Positions 40,905 through 51,904 of a stretch of DNA of 64,000 nt are shown here, one piece after another. The first letter of the stretch is position 1. Every line of letters starts with the position of its first letter. The stretch comes from Octopus vulgaris. Lineage: Eukaryota. The position numbers were made by a program, and so were the translations under genes. Under the pieces are notes generated by a model that was not told where the DNA came from, searched no databases, and saw nothing but the letters and a program-made list of their open reading frames with translations. The DNA lies in the NCBI GenBank assembly GCA_951406725.2, contig OX597822.1, positions 18,166,001-18,230,000 of the forward strand. Reading direction: 5' to 3'.

Positions 40905-41070
40905 TTGGCAGTATTGAAATGGTTGGCGTTAGGAAGGGCATCCAGCTGTAGAAACACTGCCAGATCAGACTGGAGCCTGGTGCAGCCTCCTGGCTTCCCA
41001 GACCCCAGTCCAACTGTCCAATCCATGCTAGTATGGAAAACGGACGTTAAACGATGATGATGACGATGAT
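40905..41070 (+). mobile_element. RTE 3'-UTR copy (short)
   Basis: 'ggttggcgttaggaagggcatccagc...cggacgttaaacgatgatg'. Confidence 0.8.
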
Positions 41071-41109
41071 CTCAAGAACTGGCACTGGGCCCTTGATGAG
41101 TGGAAGGTT

Positions 41110-41340
41110 TCCTACTTAAAGAGAGTGTGGAAAAGAATGTGTGTCAGGAAATGGGCTGAAGCATCATATTAAGATTCACCGAAACAATATTCTACCACCT
41201 ACTGCAGAGGATGCCCATCATTGTCAAGTCTGTAAAATAGAGTGTAAGTCCCAAGCGGGACTGAAAATCCTCATCTGTGCTTTACGTATTTCAGAGAACA
41301 ATCAAGTAATGGCGTTACTTGAAATCAAGTTGTAAACACC
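41110..41340 (+). mobile_element. Degenerate C2H2-like C-terminus, probably from an RTE/RTEX LINE
   Basis: ECGKECVSGNGLKHHIKIH...CQVCKIECKSQAGLK matches the CxxCx3CxSxxGLxxH motif of some RTE C-termini. Confidence 0.45.
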
Positions 41341-43184
41341 AGGTATGTGTAAATATACACACACAACAGGCTTCTGCACAGTTTCCATCTACCAAATTCC
41401 ACTTACAAGTTAGCAGTTGATTGGTCAATCTAAGGCTATGGTAGAAGACACTTGCCCAAGGTGCCACACAGTGATGTTGAACCCAGAACCATGTGCTTCT
41501 AAGGAAAACTCCTTACCCACTCTGCAATGCTAATGTCCTAATGATGCTACATTTAGCTTGTTATCACTAAACCAAAGGATCTTCAGTCTGCTGAACAGAC
41601 AAAAAATCAGGAAGGAACTGGATCGGTCAGGTAATTCTATCATATAATGATGATAATAAATGTTGTTATTCTATGCTCCCTTCCTTCCCTCCACTCCCTC
41701 CTCACATTTTCATATGTCTATATTTATAGATACATACTTCACTGAATTACATGAATGCAATTCTCATAAACTAATATACTTGACTGTGCATGTGTGTGTG
41801 TGTATGTGTGTGTGTGTGTGTGTGTTTGTATGTCTGTGTGTTTGTGTGTCTGTGTATGTATTATATATACATATGTATATTTCTGTGTCTGTATATAATA
41901 TATATATACATATATATATTTACTTATGCATTTGTATGTATGCATGTATGAATAAAAATATAAACAGCTATAGCATTTACAAACATAGGTATATAAATAC
42001 ACACACATACACATGTATGCAGAGAGGGAGATAGAGAGAAGATATATATATCTACTAAGCCATTTTCTCTGTCCAGTGATCTCAGACTAACAGTGCCATT
42101 TATACTTCAGAAATGTTTATTACCATTTCCTCATAAATAAAACGAACATTTGTTGTAAGCTCTGACATATTTCGGAACTGTCTAAAACATTACAAAAATT
42201 TTCTTCCCAAATCTATTTACCATGTTGGAAATTGGAATTGTAGAATGTGAACTTTCAGTTTTAGTAAGGATTTCGTAAGGAACTGTGATCTCTTGCATTT
42301 TATGGGAAATCGAAGAGGGTGAAAGTTGTGTCGTTTCTTTTTAACATCATTTCACAGCAACACTACTGCTTACTGCTACCTATACAACAAAGACAGCAGG
42401 AAATGCAGAAAAACAATACAAATCTCCTTCCAGCATGCCTGAACGGAACACATTATATTTTTATCTTTTACTCTTTACCAGTCATTGGCCTGTGGCCATG
42501 CTGAGGCAATACCTTGAAGTGTTTTGTGCAAGAAATCAGTCCTATTATTATTATCTTTCTCAAGTCTGGTATTTATTGTATCAGCCTCCTTTCCTGATAC
42601 ACTAATTTTCTAGAATGTAAACAAACCAATACCTGTTATTTTGCAATGTGTGTGTGTGTGTGAGGGAGAGGAGAGAGAGAGAGACAGTGAGACAAACACA
42701 AAGACACACACACACAAACACAGACACACACACACATGCACATGTGCACTCACACAATGGGTGTTTCTGTCTCCTAAATTCCCTCAGCAGGCATTGGTCA
42801 GCAAAGAGTTATAGTGGAAGATGTCAGGCTAGGGTAGCATGCAGTGGGACTGAACCTGAGACTACATGGTTGCAAAATGAGCTTTACAATCACACATCCT
42901 GCTCCTCTGCTTTTATAAAATGTTGAAATCTGGTTTAAGGAGATTTAAGCTCCACTTTGTTGTTGTCTTCATTGATGCAGAGATAAATAGAACTTATTAA
43001 CTTTATTCCTGCCCATAAGGCAAGCAGCCTGTTAGAAATAGCAGCCAAGTCTTCTTCAAAATACAACTGAATGTCTTTGTTTTTCGTATACATTACTGTC
43101 TATTTTGACCTGGGGCTAAACAACAACTATCTCTGCCCCCGAGGGAGCCTTAATTGCAAACTCTCTCTTATACCACTTCCTACA

Positions 43185-43229
<45 letters not shown>

Positions 43230-43570
43230 TACAAAGTGAGATAGGGGTTATGAGCGTAACCCACTATGGGATATCAGTTATCCAATATACTGCCACTGAA
43301 GTACCCAAAAGGCTAATACATAAATGCTTACAATTGCAATGCAATTAGTTCATTTATTGTATTAGATGGGCGAAGGTAAAATGTTTTACCTCAAAATCAT
43401 AATACAATTAAGAAAATGGAAGAACAGATTCATTTCAATCATCGACTTTCAGATAATACCAATTCATATTATTTATTAACTACTTAAATAGGAACATCCA
43501 AATCCAACAGAATAAAACAATATACATCAATAAGTAGGATAATACCATAAAAATAATACATATATAATGG

Positions 43571-43696
43571 ATCTTACAGCTGTTTCAGCCTGTAGATAAA
43601 GGTATCTTATTGTACCTATATTAGTCATATGTATTGAGGTAATATGCACTTGAAAATGGGTTACTTATATATATATCCCAAAGCCTCGTCAGAGAT
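43571..43696 (-). ncRNA. Type I hammerhead ribozyme motif with ~89-nt stem II loop
   Basis: atct-CTGACGA-ggctt-(89 nt)-aggct-GAAA-cagctg-TA-agat. Confidence 0.7.
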
Positions 43697-45999
43697 TATA
43701 AAGTACAATTATAAAAATATAAATGCAAATATAAATATGAAACAAAATACACATACACAAGAATATATATATATATAAGTGTATATACATATATATATAT
43801 ACATATATATAAGTATATATATAATAATATACATACACATAAGGTTACATATAATCAAATATATATACTGGAGTATACAAACACATCCACATCAATGGGT
43901 ACATATACTAAGTCCAAAGTTCATTATATTAAATTACCAAAACTATTAATATTATTATTATTATTATTATTAATAATACCAATAATGGAATATGTGTATT
44001 ATGCTATTCACAATACATAGTAGATGGAAAATACCACATAAAATATAGTATAATATAATATAGTGTAATATAATATAATATAATATAATATATTACATAT
44101 ATAATATAGTATAACATAATATATAGACAGATGTTTATGGAAGATGCAAGCACATTAATTCAACAAATTATGTAACAAATAATGCCATTATATTCATATA
44201 TCATACAGTCAAAATCGAAACTTCAGTCTTAATCTGCATACATATATATACACACAGGTAACAAATACATGTATATGCAAATACATACATGCGTAAAAAC
44301 ATCGACTAATACATATACATATATAAAGAGATTTTATCCTTTTACATCATACAAAAGATATATGCATGTACATACATAGAGTTCACAGATCAAGAGGTAA
44401 GATATAGGCTGTAACGGGCTATGCTTACGTTGTTATCAATACAGTATTACAGTGGTTAAAAATCTTACAGGGGTAGGGGAGAGATTATTTACAATCTCAA
44501 GCTAAATCCAATTGGTTGTCACATTTAAATTTCATTGTCTTAGTTATGGTTGGTTGGTTAAAATACACATACGTACATACATACATATATACACACATAC
44601 ACACGTACAGATAGATAAGCATATGCACATAAATACACACATACATACATACATACATATCCATATACACATATACATACGTATATACACGTATACATAC
44701 ACTTATAAACACCCACATACACATATACATATATATACATACACATACATACTAATAACTAAAAAAATAATATTATAAACCATTTAAAGTGAAAACTATG
44801 CTAATTCCTAATATATAAAAAATGGCCTAAAAGGGTATTATACGTTAGGAATATATATTTGGCAAAGGTTGGAAAATATTCAGACAAAGCTTTGAAAGAA
44901 ATAGAAACTATGCAATACACATTTGACAAGATTTATGGTAAAGAAATAGGAAGAAATTTACGAAAGATACAAAAATCAAATTCATGTGTAAATATACCGT
45001 TACTATAATGCAAATCCATATAGTCAACTTAACATCAGCCTTTTCACCTCCCCAATTAAACTCGTTGCAAAAGTTAAGTTGTATAAAATACCGTAATAAA
45101 AACAAAATATTCTGTATCTGACCATATATTATCTTCTAGTTTAAGTTTATTATTGTGGATATTTTAGAGATCGATATAAAATTTTAATGTTACTCAAATA
45201 TGTAACTATTCATATTTTAATTCTATATTAATACCTATCTATTCATTTATACATCCATTTACTGATATAAGATGGTTATTTAATATTAATCCAAGGTTAT
45301 TCATTATCATATCTATGTACTCCTATATATAATAGGTAATTTATTATTGATCAAAGGTAATACAATTATATCCTCGTAATTAAATAAATGTTAGATCAAA
45401 ACCATTAATATCGAGATGGACCACATATGTAGTTAAAACTAAACAAACAAATATTCAGTCCACCCGTTTCCTATAAACCTGTATAAATACAACAAATATC
45501 TTAATCCAATATAGGTTGAGGTACATAAGTAAATATATATGCATATACGTATATAAACTTTCACATGCACACCTGCATACAGACCTATAAACAGCCACAC
45601 ATATGCATAATATACATATACAACATACATACAAATACTCATATATACACAGACATGAACATTCATACATACACACATATATACATATATACCCACACAT
45701 AAATATACATACATATAAGTAACAGATATATACATACATATACATAAACATATACATACATACATATATATAAATACATACATACACATACACACACACA
45801 TATACATATATACATATATACATACATTCATATACATACATACACCCTACTAGAATAGACATATATATATCCGCATACATACAAACACACTTCTTAAATA
45901 GACATAAATACATATCCATATGTACACACACACACACAACTTCAACAGCACATACACATACACACAAAACATATACATACATATATGCACGACTACACC

Positions 46000-46050
<51 letters not shown>

Positions 46051-46735
46051 ACACACATACACACACACATACATAAAAACATACACATACATACATACAT
46101 GCACACATAAATATGCACACACATAAATACGGATATACATGCATGCCTGCACATACACATACACTCGTGCATATACATACACAAATGCACACATATACAT
46201 ATATATGTTATAATGAATTATCAAGTACGAATAAATAAAAAAGTACAAATAAGTACAAACATACATAAAAACAACTTAATATTGAAGACCACCATGTGGA
46301 TTCATACAAAGACCTACATGAAAAATAAATATATGGCAGTATATACGTACACACATACATATACACACATATGCATGTATACACATGTATGCATCCAATA
46401 GTGATCATCATGTGTTTAGTACATTGACCCATACTAAGTACACATCAATACACCGAAGTCCAAAACTGAATGCATATCATATGATATACATATACATGAG
46501 AGACCAGTAGAAAATTAGATATATATCAAAATACACACACACACAAAAAGCCCTATATCAAAATATACAAATACATAGACATTCAAAAACAAAACAAAAC
46601 AAAACACTTATACATAGAAATATAAAATTAGTATGCCCATGGTTTATGGCAGAATTAGTATTCTTAGATAAATACAGTACATAAGTCTATAACAACTATT
46701 TAAGTCATTTAAAATTACTAATTTAAAACTAAGTG

Positions 46736-47854
46736 CTATTTAAATCTAGAGAAAGTATACGCTAGTCTATGAAGGCATGAAACATTACGTTCCTTAAGAT
46801 TATTTATAATAGGTAAATTAGCTTTGATAATAAAGAAAATTTCATTAATGCATAAAGAGCATTTTCTAGTCATATTATTATACGCTGGTGCAGAAGTAAG
46901 TATTTTCCAATGTAAATTATATTTCCAATGTATAATCTATATTCTTGCTCTTAAGCTCCTAAATATATGTACTTAACCCTGTAGAATTAATCCTATTCCT
47001 ATTGCTAAAGGTGTATCTATGATAATTAAGTCTCTGTTTCAGACTATTTTTAGTAGCACCAATATATACCCTACTATCGCATTGTGTACTCACAATACAT
47101 TGGTAAACCACCTCTTTTTTCAAGCATTCATTATTGAACACACAGTTGTCTTTAATTCTACAATTGCAGTCATTATCTAATTGATAAAGTTTAACCTTAT
47201 TATGATTCTCAGCATCAATATTATTATTGATAATGTTAACATCATTCTCACTAATTAATCTATATTTAACATTATTAATATTATTCAAATTGTTAGAACT
47301 ACTACTACTAATACCAATATCATCAACCATGTTACTATTCGTCGTTACAGAAATACCGCTATTATTACCTCCATTAGGGCTACTCACACTCGCACTATTA
47401 AAATTATTAAATCTCAAGTGGTAGTGAGGCACATTACTGCTACCCAAGTTTATCTTTCTATCAAGATAGAAATGGTCTAATTTTCTATTATTAAAAGAGG
47501 ATATTATGGTGGCCAAATTAGGAGTAAGGCTGTATCCTATTCTAATAGTTTTATTATTAATTATGTTACAATATTTATTCTTTCCCTTCCCAAAATGCTT
47601 GTACAATAAACTATGGATAATTCCAACTATGTCAGTTTTAATTTGCATAGTATATGGAATTATTAGCTATAGTGTATCATTATCGCTATGTTGGTTACCT
47701 ATCATATTCCTATTATTAACAAATACCCTATTCCCCTAATTTCCCCTACACTTTCTATGATTTATATTACCAAGATTATGATTAAAAACCTTGTCATAAT
47801 TGTTATTGTTATTAAGGTGTAAAGAAGTTTTTCTATTTCCGTAAATATTATTAA

Positions 47855-47893
<39 letters not shown>

Positions 47894-48630
47894 AATTAAT
47901 GTTATGTGCAAAGTCATTTAATATAAAATCATTAGCTCTGTTTATACCGCTACTAGCATTATTACCATTCACAATATTATATTCCTTATTGCCCTTTACC
48001 CTAGAGTTGCCGTTAGCCCCACCCAACCCATTTATATTTGTAGTAGTTGACCTACTTCTATCACTGAGGTTGTTACTAGGTATATACTTAATTCTACCAG
48101 TATAACCTGCCTTATGTAATGCAGAGTCGTATTTTTCACTATGTCTATTAAATATATCTACGTTCGAGGATAGATAAGAGATTCTTTGACTGATGCTAAG
48201 CAAAAGTGACTTTTTAATTTGAGGTGGGTGATTGCTAGAGTAGTTTATATAGACTAAATTAGAATTAAGTTTAACATAAGGTTCATGTATTCCATTAGTG
48301 AGGTTGCAATTAACATCTAAATAATTGACAGAGTAATTTTCATTTTCAATAATTATTGATAAATCAAAACTCTTAAAAAATTTGTGCAGTCGTTTTTTCA
48401 GTATTTCTAGTCTTCTATTAGATGTATTCTTAATTAAAAACAAAGCATCATCTCTATATAGGCCGCCCTTCAATTCAGGGAATTCCCTACTTAAATTATC
48501 CAGTAAATACATCCCTACTAAATCAGTCGCTTCCGCTGAATCTGGTGATCCCATAGTGATGTCAAATAAGTTGAGTGTGTCCTTCCTAGCCCATAATTTG
48601 TTATCAAATTCTATGACTGTTTTCCTAATA
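46736..48630 (-). pseudogene. Naiad RT-GIY-YIG ORF (5'-truncated, three TAG stops, one 13-nt frameshifting insertion)
   Basis: ORFs 47736-48554 and 46959-47648 share one frame. TAG at 47736, 47667 and 46959. After the insertion at 46919-46931 the frame resumes NLHWKILTSAPAYNNMTRKCSLCINE...SCLHRLAYTFSRFK*. Confidence 0.88.
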
Positions 48631-48647
48631 TATATATATATATATAT

Positions 48648-49260
48648 ATCATCATCATCATCATCGTTTAATGTCTGTTTTCCATGCTAGTATGGGTTGG
48701 ACGGTTTGACTTAGATAGTGGGTGCTTTTTGTGTGCCACTGTCACAGGAGCCAGTCATATAAGTAACAGATATATACATACATACATATACATAAACATA
48801 TACATACATACATATATATAAATATATACATACACACACACATATACATATATACATGTATACATACATTCATATACATACATACACCCTACTAGAATAG
48901 ACATATGTATATATATCCGCATACATACAAACACACTTCTTAAATAGACATAAATACATATCCATATGTACACACACACAATCATCAACCATGTTCAGAT
49001 AGTGCATTTTACATGCCATCAGCACCGGCCACAGCTACAGTTTTGGTTTTACTTGACTCAACAGGTCTTCTCATGCATATCATATCGACCGACGCATCAA
49101 GAGTTCTCTTAAATGGGCCGGACATGCAACACTGACTTCAGTCATGGCTTCAATCTCACTTTAGTTGCCAGGTCTTCTCAATCACAGCATAACTCAAAAG
49201 ATCTTGGTCTCCTGTCATTGCCTCTGTGAGGCCCAATGTTCAACCCAATCTTCAAAGGTC
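48648..49260 (-). mobile_element. RTE 3' end interrupted by a 225-bp duplicate of the Naiad 3' region
   Basis: Tail at 48648-48755 and LGLTEAMTGDQDL-coding end at ~49170-49245. 48757-48982 matches 45714-45935. Confidence 0.7.
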
Positions 49261-49267
49261 ATATATA

Positions 49268-49317
<50 letters not shown>

Positions 49318-49351
49318 TAGATAGATACATACATACATATGTACATACATG

Positions 49352-49558
49352 CATCATCATCATTTAACATCCACTTTCCATGCTGGCATGGGTTGGACGG
49401 TTTGACTGAGGACAGGCAAGCCAGAAGGCTGCACCAGGCTCCAATCTGCTGTAGAAACTTTGCCAGATCAGATTGGATCCTGGTGCAACCTCCTGGTTTG
49501 CCAGTCCTCAGTCAAACCGTCCAACCCATGGAGAGCCGATGTTAAACAATGATGATGT
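49352..49558. repeat. Fold-back of two RTE tails (~95-bp arms, ~20-nt loop)
   Basis: The left arm is the minus-orientation tail and the right arm the plus-orientation tail. Confidence 0.85.
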
Positions 49559-51293
49559 ATGTATGTACATATGTATGTATATGGATATATGCACATATGT
49601 GTATGCACGTGCATGCACGCACACACACACACGTTTGTGTGTGTGTGTGCGCTTGTCTTTGAATGCTGTATTGATGACAAGCTTCCTTGCAATTTTCATC
49701 TTTTTTTTTTTGTCAACCTGATGCTGTCGTAGGAAACATTTGAGCTGATGTGCTGTATTGTGGAATTGAACCCAGAATAATTTCATGGCAAAAGCACCAT
49801 CTGTTTACAACAACAGCATCTATTTACAGCTACTTAGACTGAGTTAGTGAAACTTGTCCCAGGTGACATTATACAAAACCCTTGACTGTACACTCCTTCA
49901 AATTGTACATAGGATTTTAAAATGGCTTGATGTAACATTTAGCTAAATTCTTCAATGAGCTTAACTATCCACCCATTTACTCCAGCCAGTATTCTTGGCT
50001 GGACCATGAGGGTAAAATCCTCAGGCACCTTCTCTATTCAGTCCTATCAGAAGCAACCAACATTAGACTTTGTGATGGATTCCCAAGCATGACCACCTCA
50101 GACTATGGATATTAAGTAAGCAATCTCATCCTTGGTCTGTCATTCGAACCCCTCCTGCCTGTTGGTCTAACTTGAAGAATCTATTTTCCAACCCTTACCT
50201 GCAACATTCTAATCCCATTTACATGTCTAAAGTTCCAGAGCTGTGACTACTCAAAGCAGAGAAGTACCAGAACAACCTCGAAAAATCTGCAAATGTAGAA
50301 TATGGACAGATGGATTTGTTTTATGCATATTTCTTTCCAAATGGTACCTTATGGAAGACTACCATTGATATGATTAGTCCACTTTAGGTTCTCGTATCAT
50401 TGTCATAATAATTCGGTTGGGAATTCAATTACTCTGTCTTGTTTTGCTTTATATTTTTCTTCCGTAGTTCTATGGTTTTATTTTTCTTACCACTTATTTT
50501 GCAGATTTAATAAAATAGAAGAAAACATTGTTACAAGTAGATTATCTTTTCAAATGTATATGTTATATATATGAATATATATGCTTATATACATAAACAT
50601 GTATGTATAAATACACACACACATCTATATACATCTATATGTATGCATGTATGTCTATATACATATATTTATATGCACACACACAGATATACATAAATAT
50701 GTATATATAAAAATAAACATACATACGTACACACACATATACATACACATATGTATATATACATATGTATGTGTGTGTATATATATATATATTGCATACT
50801 AAAGAAAACTGATTTTTTTTTTTTTTACATCCTAAGCAAACTTTTGTCAAGTTTTATAATTGTTTGGGTTGTTTTGTTTTTAACTTTTTAAAAATTTTGT
50901 TTGGATTTATCTTTTTTTTTCTGAAAATACTGTTTCTTATTTTAGCTAAAAGCAGAATTTCTCCAGAAGAAGAAAAAAAATATATTTATAATTTAGAAAC
51001 TTTTATACTTTATTGGATCTTCTTGATTATTCCATTATGATATTTTTCATTTCATCATTTTTTCTAGTATCATTTTTTTATCTGTTTTCGCTGTTTGTAT
51101 TGCTTTTTATTATTTTCTTTATTCTTTATTTTTTTGCCATTTATTTTCCTTATATTCAGTTTTGTTTGAAGACAGTAAACCATTTTAAGAAATTATTTGA
51201 TTTACTTGCCTTTTCGACTAGTTTAAGTGAAATAAGATTCTAAATTTTTGCATAACATTAACTGAAACTGTAAAAATGCAGCTTATAATTTTA

Positions 51294-51339
<46 letters not shown>

Positions 51340-51552
51340 CAGGTGGCAAACTGGCAGAGTCGTTAGCATGTCGGGCAAAATGCTTCTTAACATTTTGTTC
51401 GTCTTTCTGTTCTGAGTTCAAATTCTGTCACGGTTGAATTTGTCTTTCATTCTTTTGGAATTGATTAAATAAATACCAGTTGAATACTGGGTCTATGTAA
51501 TTGACTTAAATCCTCCCCTTAAATTGCTGGCCTTGTACCAAAATTTGAAATA

Positions 51553-51591
<39 letters not shown>

Positions 51592-51592
<1 letters not shown>

Positions 51593-51830
51593 GAGTGAGA
51601 GAGCAGTGTATGCCATCAAAGTGACACTGGGTAAAATATACAAAGCCCAGTATACCCATCATGACTACCCATCTGATAAGGGTACACTAGGCACATGCAT
51701 CACAACCAAATGTATTTGCCATTGAGAGGTTTTTCTTGCCATTTATCAGTCAGAATATCAAAGGCAGCATTTTGAGCACGGGTTTTCATGCACTTAGCTT
51801 TTTCTGTGCTTGTTTCTTGTATGTCTGATT
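51592..51830 (-). mobile_element. Chimera: 3' end of the TAA-associated retroposon joined to an internal Dong fragment
   Basis: 51592-51710 matches 57503-57622. 51711-51830 is similar to 52843-52960. Confidence 0.7.
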
Positions 51831-51904
51831 ACTATTGTTATTTACTTTTGATCTGCATTTATTACAGTCACTTGTTGAGACACACCAAGCATCCTATTAT
51901 TATT

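Larger units (their letters stand above)
43227..48630 (-). mobile_element. Naiad-type Penelope-like retroelement, 5'-truncated, with ~3.5 kb AT/CA-rich 3' region
   Basis: RT (LWARKD..FDITMGSPDSAE..DLVGMYLL..GGLYRDD..NYLDV..SNHPP), CNCx5Cx5C linker, GIY-YIG (VVYQC..YIGAT..KQR..H) and C-terminal CxxC..CxH. Hammerhead near the 3' end. (TA)n flanks. Continuity of the long UTR is inferred. Confidence 0.8.

Noticed and set aside
41141-41335. Host C2H2 zinc-finger gene
   Set aside because: No TGEKP linkers, and the second finger is broken. It fits a LINE C-terminus better.
44497-46432. Many overlapping YMCV- or HTYI-rich ORFs
   Set aside because: Translation artefacts of TA/CA low-complexity DNA. 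The same applies to similar ORFs throughout the window.
46736-48630. Selenocysteine recoding as in some Naiads
   Set aside because: No in-frame TGA. All internal stops are TAG.
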